This document shows positions 31,767 to 42,183 of a stretch of 64,000 bases of DNA, one piece after another (the stretch's first letter is position 1; the number at the start of each line of letters is the position of its first letter). Position numbers and translations under genes: made by a program. The stretch is taken from contig JAXHMG010000003.1 of NCBI GenBank assembly GCA_034521595.1, positions 1,792,001 through 1,856,000 on the forward strand, in the 5' to 3' direction. Origin of the DNA: Gemmatimonadota bacterium (GTDB taxonomy: Bacteria > Gemmatimonadota > Gemmatimonadetes > Longimicrobiales > Gaopeijiaceae). Below the pieces are notes generated by a model. The model searched no databases and had not been told where the DNA came from. It worked only from the letters and a program-made list of their open reading frames with translations.

Positions 31767-31782
31767 TGGCACGGCACGTGCT
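31767..31782 (+). promoter_or_regulatory. Sigma-54 -24/-12 promoter of the TPR-lipoprotein operon
   Basis: TGGCACGGCACGTGCT, exact GG-N10-GC. Confidence 0.75.
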
Positions 31783-31795
31783 TTCGAATGGCGGC

Positions 31796-33091
31796 ATGAA
31801 CCGCTTCACGATCGACGACCTGCGAGCCGCGCTGCCGGAGCTCGACGAGCTCCGCCCCCTGGTCGACTACCTCGTCGCTACTTCCGTGGCGGATCCGGAG
31901 CGGACCTGGTCCGGGTCGAGCGAGTTGGGTACGGCCGGGGATCGGCTGGTCGAGCCGCTGGACCTCGAGGAAGCGTCCGAGAGGCTGGCCCTGGAGGTTT
32001 TCGAGCACCGGTCGCGAATCTACGGATTGGCAGCCCGCGCCATCGCCGCGCTCACCGAGGGTGACGCGGAGGCCGCCACGGAGGCTCTCCTTCAGGCAGC
32101 TTCGCTCGAGGCGGAAAAGGGCGAAGCGCCACGGGCAGCGGCCTACGCCGACGCGGCCTACCGGCTCGCCAGAGATGCCGGAGACGCGACGCTCGCCTCG
32201 CTCACCCTCCGCCGACGCGCACGGCACCGACGAGCCGAAGGGCGATACGAGGACGCGAGGCGCGACTACGAGGAGGCGCTCGTTCTCGCCGAGGCGGCCG
32301 AGGACCCGCGTGGAGCGGCGGAGGCGTGTGTGGGAGCGGGCAACGTATGCGAAGAGCAAGCACGTTGGGGAGAGGCGGAAGATTGGTACCGTCGCGCCCT
32401 CTCGCTGCTCGGCTCTCACGAACCTCCCGTACCCGAGCAGTGGCACGCGCTGCTCAACTTGCATGTCGTCCTCCGCTCGATGGGCTCCCTGGAGGGTTGC
32501 CTCGAGCCGCTGCGAGAGGCCGAGGCGCTGGTCGAGACGCTGGACGACTCGTCCGCGGTGCCCTTCCTCGAGAACGCGTGGGGCCAGTATCACATGGCGC
32601 TCCGGGACTTCGATACGGCGGAGCAACACCTGCGGCGGGGCGTCGCGGAGAGTGCGGACGCTCGCTCCGAGATCACCATCCGCCTGAACCTGGCCGAAAC
32701 GCTCTTCGCCCGGGGCCGGCACCTCGACGCGGCCGAAGAGGCGCGTCGTGCAGAGCGGCGTGCCATCGTCTCATCCATGCCGCAGAAGCTCCCCGAGGTC
32801 TACCGGCTTCTCGGGCGGATTCTCGCGGACGAAGGGATCCTGGACGCGTTCGTTCTCTTCGAGCGCGCGCTCCAGATCGTGGATGCTCGCGACCTTCCAG
32901 CCATCGAGCGGGCACGGACTCTTCAGGCCTACGGCGAAGCCGAATCGAGCCTGGGTGACACCGCGACCGGCCGTGAGCTGCTCTCCGAGGCCGACCGCCT
33001 CTACGAGCGACTCGGAATCGAGCACCGCCGTGACGCGTGGTCGGATCGCTACCAAGGCGAGCGCCCGATCTCCGAATCGAATCAAACATGA
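31796..33091 (+). CDS. Cytoplasmic TPR-repeat protein (MalT-like TPR)
   Basis: Repeats such as GRYEDARRDYEEAL and WGEAEDWYRRAL; no signal peptide. Confidence 0.82.
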   Translation: MNRFTIDDLRAALPELDELRPLVDYLVATSVADPERTWSGSSELGTAGDRLVEPLDLEEASERLALEVFEHRSRIYGLAARAIAALTEGDAEAATEALLQAASLEAEKGEAPRAAAYADAAYRLARDAGDATLASLTLRRRARHRRAEGRYEDARRDYEEALVLAEAAEDPRGAAEACVGAGNVCEEQARWGEAEDWYRRALSLLGSHEPPVPEQWHALLNLHVVLRSMGSLEGCLEPLREAEALVETLDDSSAVPFLENAWGQYHMALRDFDTAEQHLRRGVAESADARSEITIRLNLAETLFARGRHLDAAEEARRAERRAIVSSMPQKLPEVYRLLGRILADEGILDAFVLFERALQIVDARDLPAIERARTLQAYGEAESSLGDTATGRELLSEADRLYERLGIEHRRDAWSDRYQGERPISESNQT

Positions 33092-33114
33092 ATGCCCGAC
33101 CCCAGGAATCTCCC

Positions 33115-33756
33115 ATGAAGAGATGGAAAGCATGCGCGACGCTACGCGGCACCGCCGCCGCGTTTCTCGCGATCGCGACGACCTCCTGCGGCAACCTGAC
33201 AGCCGGTGGAATCGGCCAGGCGACCGTGGCCATGTCCGGGGATGCGCCCGACCCCGCGGCTGCGCCTCCGATGGCCATCTTGTCGGACCCCCAACGCACC
33301 GACCACGACAATGATTACGACGACTCGCCGGAAGGAGAGGTGGAGGCCGAGCTGAGCGTCTTTCTGGTCGCCGCGGATGGTGGCCTGGTCGCACTCACCG
33401 ACGGCGACGTGGAGGTCCAGATGGACCTCGAAGGCACGGAGGAGCCGGAGATCGGCTCGCGCAACGTGAGCGCTACGACCTACACCGCGCTCCGGATGAT
33501 CTTCACCTCGATCGAGGTCGAGGTCGACCCGGGACTGGTCGTCAACGGGGACACGATCACCGGTGAGGTCGACGTGGAGATCGACGACGTCGACCTTCCG
33601 GTCGATCGTACGCTCGACCTCCAGATCGGAGACGGCGAACGCGTCGAGATCCTCATCGACCTGAACTCGGAACGTTGGCTCCAGGCGGTCGACCCTCGCA
33701 CCCAGACGGTGGACGCACAGGTCTTCGCGGAGCTGGTCTCGGTTCGAGTCCGGTAG
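33115..33756 (+). CDS. Acidic lipoprotein, DUF4382-like
   Basis: Signal ending TTSC; VSATTYTALRM and ILIDLNSERWL; alternative ATG 33088 overlaps the TPR stop. Confidence 0.72.
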   Translation: MKRWKACATLRGTAAAFLAIATTSCGNLTAGGIGQATVAMSGDAPDPAAAPPMAILSDPQRTDHDNDYDDSPEGEVEAELSVFLVAADGGLVALTDGDVEVQMDLEGTEEPEIGSRNVSATTYTALRMIFTSIEVEVDPGLVVNGDTITGEVDVEIDDVDLPVDRTLDLQIGDGERVEILIDLNSERWLQAVDPRTQTVDAQVFAELVSVRVR

Positions 33757-33804
33757 GCGGCGACGCGTGGCCCCGAGCGCCGACGACGACCAACGAGGAG
33801 GCCC

Positions 33805-34848
33805 GTGATCATCGACCCGACCGGCTGGACGCTTTTTCAGAGCATCGCGGTATTCCTGGCCTGCACCGCGGCCATCGGCGTGTTCGGCACGTGGATCACG
33901 GGCGTGGTCGACCGGCTGGCCGACCGCACCGGCATCGGCGAGGCGATCGCCGGCGCGGTGCTGCTGGGCGCGTCGACTTCGCTGGGCGGTTCGGTGCTTT
34001 CCGTGACGGCAGCCTGGAGCGGCAACGCCGATCTGGCCCTGGGCAATGCCCTGGGCGGCATCGCCGTGCAGTTCGCGGCTCTGGCGGTGGCCGATTTCGC
34101 TTACCGGCGGGCCAATCTGGAGCACGCTGCCGCCTCGGCCGAGAACCTGATGCAAAGCGGCCTGCTGATCGCACTGCTGGCGCTGATCCTGATCGCGCCC
34201 ACCCTGCCGGATGTCACGCTGTGGCACGTCCACCCGATCACACCCGCCATGCTGGTGCTCTACGGCTACGGGCTGCACATGATCCGCGCCGCGCACGACA
34301 AGCCCATGTGGCGACCCACGCGTACGCGCGAAACGCGCGAGGACCGGCCCGAAGACCTCCGGCACGTCCCCGCGCTGGCGCCTTTGGTGGCCCGCTTCCT
34401 CGTCCTGATGCTGATTCTGGGCGTTGCCGGCTACACCATGGAGCATGCCGCTTCGAACATCGCCGAGGCCACCTGGTTCAGCGCGAGCGCGATCGGCGTG
34501 CTGTTTACCGCGACGGCGACGTCGCTGCCGGAGCTCGTGACGTCGATCGCCGCGGTTCGGCGCGGAGCCCTGACGCTGGCCGTCGGCGGCATCATCGGCG
34601 GCAACGCCTTCGACACACTGTTCACCTCGGCCTCCGACATCGCATATCGCGAAGGCTCGATCTATCACGCCATGCCGCAATCGGTGGTGTTCTGGGCCAC
34701 GCTGACCCTCCTGATGGCCGCAGTATTGACCATGGGCCTCATCCGGCGCGAACGGCAGGGTCCGGCGAGGGTCGGCGTCGAGAGCATCGTGCTGCTGGTG
34801 CTTTACGCCGCCGGCATCGCGCTGCTGCTCGGCATGGGGGCCGGATGA
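33805..34848 (+). CDS. Sodium:calcium (CaCA) antiporter
   Basis: About 10 TMs; alpha repeats GASTSL and ATATSLPEL, GGNAFD. Confidence 0.88.
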   Translation: MIIDPTGWTLFQSIAVFLACTAAIGVFGTWITGVVDRLADRTGIGEAIAGAVLLGASTSLGGSVLSVTAAWSGNADLALGNALGGIAVQFAALAVADFAYRRANLEHAAASAENLMQSGLLIALLALILIAPTLPDVTLWHVHPITPAMLVLYGYGLHMIRAAHDKPMWRPTRTRETREDRPEDLRHVPALAPLVARFLVLMLILGVAGYTMEHAASNIAEATWFSASAIGVLFTATATSLPELVTSIAAVRRGALTLAVGGIIGGNAFDTLFTSASDIAYREGSIYHAMPQSVVFWATLTLLMAAVLTMGLIRRERQGPARVGVESIVLLVLYAAGIALLLGMGAG

Positions 34849-34977
34849 GGCGGGCGCGATGCGATCACGCCGTCCCCCACTCGGGAACGCCCGTTTCGGT
34901 ACGTTGGAGCCCGCCCTACATTCGCCCCTGAGACCGGACCCGCTCCGGCGCCTAGAGTCCCATCCCACCGAGAGGCC

Positions 34978-36639
34978 ATGTCGGAGCCTACCGACGAACA
35001 GCTCCACGCACGCTGGAAGGACGAGCCCGCCCCGCTGCTCCCCCTCCTCCACGCGCTGCACGACCGCGACGGACATCTGTCGGAGGACGCGCTCCGGGGG
35101 GTGGCGAGGGCCCTCCGGGTCCCGATCGCCGACCTCTTCGGGACGGTCACCTTCTACCATCATTTCGCGCGTGAGCCGGGCGGGCTGCACGCGCCGCGCG
35201 TCTGCACGGGACCGGTATGCCGCATGCGGGGCGCCGACACGCTCCTCGAGCAGCTCGACGGCGCGAGGCCGATGCCCTGCTCGGGCCGCTGCGATCAGCC
35301 CGTGCCCGTGCTCCGCGGCCACGACACCCTCGTGGGCGAGGCCGCCGACGGGCTCGAGCTGCGGGCCTCTCCAGCCCCTCCCCCGGCCGCACCGGGCGTC
35401 GAGGAGTGCGTCTTCGCGGAGATCCGCGAGGAGGGACGCGTCGGCCTCGACGGCTACCGGCGCACGGGCGGCTACGAAGCGCTCGGCACCGCCTTGGAAG
35501 AGCCGCCCGTGGCGCTCCTCGACGCACTCGACGCCTCCGGCCTGACCGGCCGCGGCGGCGCAGGCTTTCCGACCGGCCGGAAGTGGCGCGGGGTCGCCGA
35601 GGCTCCCGGAACGCCCAAGACCATCGTGTGCAACGCGGACGAGGGCGAGCCGGGCTGCTTCAAGGACCGATGCCTGCTCGATCACGACCCACACGCGGTC
35701 ATCGAGGGGATGGTGCTCGCGGCCCGTGCCACCGGCGCGACCCGGGGCTTCATCTACCTGCGTTACGAATACCCGGAGACGGAGGGCGTGCTCGAGCGCG
35801 CGATCGACGAGGCTCGGGAGGCCGGGCTGTTGGGCCGGGACATCCTCGGCAGCGGCCTCGACTTCGAGCTCTACGTGCGGCGCGGCGCGGGCGCCTATAT
35901 CTGCGGGGAAGAGGGCTCCCTTCTGAACAGCCTGGAGGGAAAACATCCGTTTCCACGCAACCGGCCGCCGTTCCCCGTCACGCACGGCTACGAGAACCTG
36001 CCCACGGTGGTGAACAACGTGGAGACGCTCGCTTCCGTCCCGCCCATCGTGCGCCACGGCTCGGACTGGTACCGGGGGCTCGGCCGAGGCGATCATGCGG
36101 GCACGAAGGTCATCAGCCTCTCGGGGGACGTGGCCCGGCCGGGCAACTACGAGGTGCCGATCGGCTTCCCGCTGCTCGAGCTCCTCCACGACGTAGCGGG
36201 CGGCCCCTCGGAAGGCCGCACCGTCCAGGCGGTGACGATGGCGGGTCTCTCCGGCGGCTTCCTCGGGGGAGACGACCTCGACGTCACGCTCGACGAGCCC
36301 AGCATCCAGGCGAAGGGCTCCTTCCTCGGCGCGGGCGGCATCATGGTCTTCGACGACACCCGGGACATGCTCGAGGTGGCCCATCAGGCCATGGAGTTCT
36401 TCGCGCACGAGTCGTGCGGGAAGTGCTTCCCGTGCCGAATCGGGACCCAGAGGCTCACCGAGCGCCTCTCGGGCGACGCCGGCCCCTCCGCGCTGGAGCC
36501 GTGGCTCCAGGAGGTCGAGGACCTGGGCACCACGATGATGGAGACGAGCGCGTGCGGGCTGGGCACGGCCGCGCCGCTCATCACGAACAGTCTCCTGAAG
36601 TACTTCCCGGAACGGGTGGCGCGCCACGTCGCCGGTTGA
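34978..36639 (+). CDS. NuoE-NuoF fusion diaphorase subunit of NAD-linked formate dehydrogenase (FdsG/FdsB-like)
   Basis: VTFY, CTGPVC..CSGRC; GRGGAGFPTG, NADEGEPG, YICGEE, SCGKCFPCR..CGLG. Confidence 0.9.
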   Translation: MSEPTDEQLHARWKDEPAPLLPLLHALHDRDGHLSEDALRGVARALRVPIADLFGTVTFYHHFAREPGGLHAPRVCTGPVCRMRGADTLLEQLDGARPMPCSGRCDQPVPVLRGHDTLVGEAADGLELRASPAPPPAAPGVEECVFAEIREEGRVGLDGYRRTGGYEALGTALEEPPVALLDALDASGLTGRGGAGFPTGRKWRGVAEAPGTPKTIVCNADEGEPGCFKDRCLLDHDPHAVIEGMVLAARATGATRGFIYLRYEYPETEGVLERAIDEAREAGLLGRDILGSGLDFELYVRRGAGAYICGEEGSLLNSLEGKHPFPRNRPPFPVTHGYENLPTVVNNVETLASVPPIVRHGSDWYRGLGRGDHAGTKVISLSGDVARPGNYEVPIGFPLLELLHDVAGGPSEGRTVQAVTMAGLSGGFLGGDDLDVTLDEPSIQAKGSFLGAGGIMVFDDTRDMLEVAHQAMEFFAHESCGKCFPCRIGTQRLTERLSGDAGPSALEPWLQEVEDLGTTMMETSACGLGTAAPLITNSLLKYFPERVARHVAG

Positions 36640-36671
36640 CGCGCTCGCCGCCCGCATAGGAGTATGAGACC

Positions 36672-39461
36672 ATGAGCGAAACCGACGGATCGAACGGACG
36701 GACCCCGCGCGAGGCGCCGACCCTCTTCCTGGACGGGGAAGAAGTCCCGTTCACGCCCGGCGAGACCCTCTTCGAGGTCTCCGAGCGGCACGGGCGCGAG
36801 GTTCCCACCCTCTGCTACGACGAGCGGCTCGACCCGTTCGGTGGCTGCCGCCTCTGCGTGGTCCAGCTCGAAGGCGCCCGCAACCCGGTCGCCTCGTGCA
36901 CGACGAAGGCCGAGCCCGGGATGAAGGTGACGACGCGGGGCGGCCGGCTCGACCTGCACCGCCGTGTGCTGATGGAGATGGTCGCCTCGGAGAACCGTGA
37001 CATCGACGTCGATCCGCTCTCCGGCTACGCCTCTCAGGAGATGGCGCAGCTCGTCGACCGCTACGAAGCCCGCACCGGCCGCTTCGAGGGCAAGACGTCC
37101 GGCCGCACGAAGTCCGAGGACACGAATCCGTTCCTGCTGCGGGACTACGAGAACTGCATCTCGTGCTACCGCTGCGTGCGGGTCTGCGCCGAGCAGGAAG
37201 GCGACTACGCGATCAGCGTGATGAACCGGGGCTTCGACACGCAGATCACGACCGAGTTCGACGGCCTCCTGAAGGACTCCGCCTGCACGTTCTGCGGCCA
37301 GTGCATCCAGGTCTGTCCCACCGGAGCGCTCGGCGATCTGAAGGCGCTCCGCCACAAGGACGTGCCGGGCGAGACCGAGACGACGCGCACGATCTGCACG
37401 TACTGCGGCGTGGGTTGCGCGGTCGACGTGATGAGCCGGGGCGAGAAGGTCGTCGGAGTGCTGCCGGCCATGGACGGCCCGGCCAACGAGGGCGCGTTGT
37501 GCATCAAGGGGCAGTTCTCCTACGACTTCGTGCAGCACCCGGACCGACTGAAGACCCCGCTCGTGCGGCAGGACGACGGGGCGCTTCACCCGGCCACCTG
37601 GGACGAAGCCCTCGACCGCGCCGCCGAGGGACTCGGACGGGTGGTCGAGGAACACGGCCGGCACAGCCTCTACGCGGTCGCGTCGGGCCGGGCCCCGAAC
37701 GAAGCCGCGTTCCTCATGCAGAAGCTCGTGCGGGCCGGGTTGGGGACCAGCTACATCGACAACTGTAGCCGGGCCTGACACGCCCCCACAGTCGCCGGTC
37801 TGGCGGCAAGCATCGGAAGGGGCGCCATGTCGAACCCGCTGCGGGACATGGAGCACCCCGACGTGATCTTCTGCATCGGGACGAACATGACCGAGGCGCA
37901 CCCGGTCGCCGCGACCCGCCTGAAGAAGGCGAAGCGGCGCGGGGCGAAGATGATCGTGGCGGATCCGCGCCGTATCGATCTGGCGGAGATGGCGGACCTC
38001 TACCTGCCCATCCGGGTGGGCTCGGACACGGCGCTCCTGCTCGCCATGGCGCACGTCATCGCGCGCGACGGCCTCGTCGACCAGGCGTTCCTCGAAGCGC
38101 GCACGACCGAGGGGGCGGCCTTCCTGGAGCACGTGGAAGAGTTCACGCCCGAGTGGGCTTCCGAGATCTGTGAGGTGCCGGCCGCGGACATCGAGCGGGC
38201 GGCGCTGTTGTACGGCCGGGCCGAGCGGGGCGCGATCTACTATACGCTCGGCATCACCGAGCACATCTGCGGCGTGGAGAACGTGCAGAGCCTCTGCAAC
38301 CTCGCGCTCATGACCGGGAACGTCGGGCGCGAGGGGACCGGCATCAATCCGATGCGCGGCCAGAACAACATCCAGGGAGCCGGCGACTCCGGCGCGATCC
38401 CGAACAACTACCCCGGCTTCCAGCCCGTCTCGGACCCGGCGAATCAGGCCAAGTTCGAGGAGGCGTGGGGCACGAAGGTCGATCTCGAGGTGGGAATCAC
38501 GAAGATCACCATGCTCGAGCAGGCCGGGGATCAGATCCGCGCGCTCTTCATCGACGGCGAGAACACGGTGGTCTCCGACGCGGACCGGGGGCACGCCGAG
38601 GCGGCGCTCGGGAAGCTCGACTTCCTGGTGGTCGCGGACCTGTTCCTCACGGAAACCGCCGAGCTGGCCGACGTGGTCTTCCCGGCGGCCGGCTGGACGG
38701 AGGTCGACGGCACGCAGACCAACACGGAACGGCGGGTGCAACGGCTCCGGGCCGCCGTGCCCCCACAGGGCGATGCGAAGCCCGATTGGTGGATCATCAG
38801 CCGGCTCGCCCGGCGCATGGGCTTCCAGGGCTTTGACTACGAGGGGCCCGACGAGGTCTTCAACGAGCTGTGCGCGCTGTCGCCCATCTACCAGGGGCTC
38901 GACTGGGACCGGGTCGACGAGGGACGCTATCAGTGGCCCGTGCCGCACGCCGGCCACTCGGGCACGCCGCGCCTGCACGAAGACGTGTTCGAGAACGGCC
39001 GGGGCATCTTCAAGCTCACCACGTACCGGGACCCCGCCGAGGTCGTGGACGACGCCTATCCCGTCTGGCTCACGACCGGGCGGCGGTTGCAGTCGTATCA
39101 CACGCATACCCAGACCGGACGGACGGAAGGGATCGGCTACCTGCTGCCGGGCGAGGTCCTCGAAGTGCACCCCGGCGACGTCGCACGATGGGGCCTCGAG
39201 GACGGCGGCGTCGCACGCGTGTCGAGCCGGCGCGGGAGCGTCGACGTCACGGTACAAGCGAATCCGCGGTCACCCTCCGGGACGGTCTTCCTGTCTTTCT
39301 CGTTCGCCGACGTTCCGGTGAACGTCCTCACAGGGGGCGGCTACGACCCGGTCACGCAGACCCCGGAAGTGAAGGTGTGCCCCGTCCGGATCGAACCACT
39401 GCGAAGAGACTCGTCGGGTATCGGCCGGCAGCCGTCCGCCCTCGCGGAAAGCGGGCCGTGA
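36672..39461 (+). CDS. fdhF: Selenocysteine-containing formate dehydrogenase alpha subunit (UGA 37776-37778 read as Sec)
   Basis: Two in-frame ORFs joined by NCSRA-U-HAPT; Fe-S motifs, CTYCGVGC, RGQNNIQG, Mo/W-bisPGD C-terminus. Confidence 0.92.
37779..37807 (+). promoter_or_regulatory. Bacterial SECIS element
   Basis: GTCGCC-GGTCT-GGCGGC hairpin starting 12 nt after the UGA, same layout as the fdhF SECIS. Confidence 0.8.
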
Positions 39462-39489
39462 AGGGCGCTCCGCTGGACTCGCGGGCGGG

Positions 39490-39726
39490 TCAGCGGATGA
39501 TCGCGAGCGGAAGCAGGACCACGTAGGCCAGAACCAGGAGCAACGGCGCGGCGGTGATCGAGCCCTGGCTCAGCAGCCAATACCCGACGCCGAGCGAGAC
39601 CATGCCCGCGGCGGCGAGCATCGCGTTCACGCGGGTGAAGCGCAGCGCGGCGGGGCGGTCCTTCACCGCACCGGCGTCCCCCCTTCGCTTGCGTCGGGCT
39701 CTGGATCGTGTCTCTTGGTTGGCCAT
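39490..39726 (-). CDS. Small two-TM membrane protein (DUF3098-like)
   Basis: Basic N-terminus, GYWLL..SITAAPLLLVLAYVVLLPLAI. Confidence 0.7.
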   Translation of the reverse strand: MANQETRSRARRKRRGDAGAVKDRPAALRFTRVNAMLAAAGMVSLGVGYWLLSQGSITAAPLLLVLAYVVLLPLAIIR

Positions 39727-39760
39727 GGCGGCTGAATCGTAGAGGTGGGTCGGGCCGGGG

Positions 39761-41107
39761 TCAATCGGCCCGGAGATGCTCCCGGAGCTCCTCCGGGTCG
39801 ATGCCGAGACGTTTCGCGGCCGCCGCTTCGTCGCCATCCGTGCTTTCCAGGACGACGCGCACGTGCTTGCGGATGGCCGCGGCCAAGGAAAGGTCGAGAT
39901 GTCCTGGGCCGTGGGGGTCCTCGTCCCCGAGGATGAGATGGTCGGGTCCGATCACGGTCCCCCGTGCCATGATCGCCGCGCGCATGAGCGCGTTCTCGAG
40001 CTCACGGACGTTCCCGGGCCAATCGTGGCCACGCAGCTTCGCGAGCGCGTCGTCGGAGATCCGGCGAATGTCCCGATGGGTTTCTTCGCGAATCCGGCCC
40101 AGCATCGAGTTGGCGATGAGCTCAACGTCGTCGGGACGCGCGCGCAGGGGCGGCACTTCGATCTCGACGACGTTGAGGCGAAAGTAGAGGTCTTCGCGGA
40201 ACCGTCCGTCTTCGATGAGCTCCTCGATCGGCTGATGCGTGGCGGCGACGATGCGCGCATCGGTGCGCCGTACGTCCTCACCACCGACCGGGTAGAAGCG
40301 GCGTTCCTGCAGCACCCGCAGGAGCTTGGTCTGGAACTCCGGACTGGTGTCGCCGATCTCGTCGAGAAAGACCGTGCCCTTCTTGGCGAGCTCGAAATAG
40401 CCCTTCCGCCCGCTCGACGCCCCGGTGAACGCTCCCTTCACGTGGCCGAACAGCTCCGACTCCAGCAGCGTGTCGGTCACCGCCGTGCAGTTCACGGCGA
40501 TGAACGGCTCATCCGCGTAGACCGAGTGCTGGTGGATCGCTCGGGCGATCACCTCCTTTCCGGTCCCCGTCTCACCCCGCACGAGCACGGTCGCCCGGTT
40601 CTTCGCCAGCACTCCGATCGTCTTGTAGATCTCGATCATGCGCGGGTTGCGGCCGACGAGCTTTCCCCGGGGAAGCGCATCCAGATCCTCCGGCGTGTCC
40701 CCGTGTTCTCCCGCGTCGACGGTGAGCGCCTGCTCGCGGAAGCACCGTTCGGCGAGTCCCTGTACGGCTTTCGGATCGACCGGCTTCACCAGGAAATCGA
40801 ACGCCCCGGATTTCATGGCGGAAACGGCCGTCTCCATATCGTCGTGGGCCGTCATCACCACGACCTCCACCTGATCCATCGACTCCCGAACGCGCTCGAG
40901 GAGCGCCAACCCGTCCATGTCGCCCATGCGCACGTCGGTGACGATCAAGCCTGGGTCGAACGCGTTCACCCGCGCCAGCGCCGTCTCGGCGCTTTCGGCC
41001 GTCTCCACGTCATAGCCGGCATGCTCGAGGCGGGTGCGGAGCACGTCGAGGGCGTCGACATCGTCGTCGACGACGAGGATCCGCTGGGGGGAGGGACGCT
41101 GGCTCAT
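39761..41107 (-). CDS. Sigma-54-dependent response regulator (NtrC/AtoC family)
   Basis: Intact REC (VDDD, TDVRM, KP), [22 protein letters not shown]. Confidence 0.93.
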   Translation of the reverse strand: MSQRPSPQRILVVDDDVDALDVLRTRLEHAGYDVETAESAETALARVNAFDPGLIVTDVRMGDMDGLALLERVRESMDQVEVVVMTAHDDMETAVSAMKSGAFDFLVKPVDPKAVQGLAERCFREQALTVDAGEHGDTPEDLDALPRGKLVGRNPRMIEIYKTIGVLAKNRATVLVRGETGTGKEVIARAIHQHSVYADEPFIAVNCTAVTDTLLESELFGHVKGAFTGASSGRKGYFELAKKGTVFLDEIGDTSPEFQTKLLRVLQERRFYPVGGEDVRRTDARIVAATHQPIEELIEDGRFREDLYFRLNVVEIEVPPLRARPDDVELIANSMLGRIREETHRDIRRISDDALAKLRGHDWPGNVRELENALMRAAIMARGTVIGPDHLILGDEDPHGPGHLDLSLAAAIRKHVRVVLESTDGDEAAAAKRLGIDPEELREHLRAD

Positions 41108-41115
41108 GCGACGTG

Positions 41116-42183
41116 CTACCCCCCGAGGCGGTCACGAGGATCCACGGGCGCTTCCGGTCCGTCGTCCGTTCCATACGCCCAATAGGCCGGCACGTCCGGG
41201 AGCTCGTCGGCTCTCAACCGCGCCAGCCGCTCCCGGTTACGAGCCCGGCGCACGCGCATCATGTACACGAGCACCACGCCGAGCAGGAGCCAGAACACGC
41301 TCGAATGCGCGAGCACGAACAGCCATCCGTAACGGGACTTCACGTGCTCGCGCCAGTCCTCCTCGAGTTGGCCGCTGGTCACCCCGTACGTCGTCCGGAG
41401 CGCGGACTCGAAGGAGCCTTCGGAGCGCCACCGGTCCAGGAAGATCGCGAGACCCCGCTCGCCGCTCCCTTCCAGCAGATAGGTCACCGCGCTCGCGGAG
41501 AGCAGATAGGCGGTTCGGGCCTGAGCGCGGCCGGCCGGCCAACCCAGGGTGAGCGAATCCATCGCGGGCGCACGACCGAGCGCGAGGCCGACCCGGAGCC
41601 GCCACGCCTGCATGGCGTCGAACCCCCCGGACGCCCATTCGGCGTAGCCCTCGTTGAACCAACGCGGGATGCGGAGCCCGTCGAGGTATTGGTGCAAGGC
41701 GAGGTGCGCCCACTCGTGACGCAGCGTCGTGAGTCCTTCGCCCGACAACACACCCGCCCCCTCGCCGGCCGGAATCACGAGCAAATCGAGCGACGGAACG
41801 GCCACGCCGGCCCGCCATTCGGGAACCACGCCCCCGGTCAGCTCGTCGAGCGCCGCCGGGCTGTGGGCGAGGACCGCGTGCACGTTCCGCGGAAACGAAT
41901 CGGGAAGCGCGGGCAGCGGCGCCTGGCCATCGAGCAACGTGCGCATCCGCTCCGCCAGCTCGGCGTGGCGGGCCGTGAAATAGACGGTCGTGCGCTGACC
42001 CGCGAGGCTGAGGTATTCCTCGCCGTCCAGCGAATCGGGGATGGGACGCTCGAGGGCGTCACCCACCACCTCGATCGTGTCCAGCGCCGGGGTTTCGCCC
42101 GTCTCGGCGGGCTCCTGGGAGAACGCGGACGCACTCACCGCCAAAGCGAACACGAGGGCGAGCGGAAGGGCGGCCACGCTCAC
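41116..42183 (-). CDS. Exported peptidase MA-like zinc metalloprotease with C-terminal TM
   Basis: Signal peptide, HEWAH, PRWFNEGYAE. Confidence 0.85.
   Translation of the reverse strand: MSVAALPLALVFALAVSASAFSQEPAETGETPALDTIEVVGDALERPIPDSLDGEEYLSLAGQRTTVYFTARHAELAERMRTLLDGQAPLPALPDSFPRNVHAVLAHSPAALDELTGGVVPEWRAGVAVPSLDLLVIPAGEGAGVLSGEGLTTLRHEWAHLALHQYLDGLRIPRWFNEGYAEWASGGFDAMQAWRLRVGLALGRAPAMDSLTLGWPAGRAQARTAYLLSASAVTYLLEGSGERGLAIFLDRWRSEGSFESALRTTYGVTSGQLEEDWREHVKSRYGWLFVLAHSSVFWLLLGVVLVYMMRVRRARNRERLARLRADELPDVPAYWAYGTDDGPEAPVDPRDRLGG

Noticed and set aside
33142-36657. 1171-aa minus-strand ORF and other long antisense ORFs (e.g. 7883-10690, 36384-39257, 27887-29293)
   Set aside because: Shadow frames of well-supported opposite-strand genes in high-GC DNA; no motifs
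37776-37778. Nonsense mutation making fdh a pseudogene
   Set aside because: The stop is exactly at the Sec/Cys ligand position and is followed by a SECIS-like hairpin
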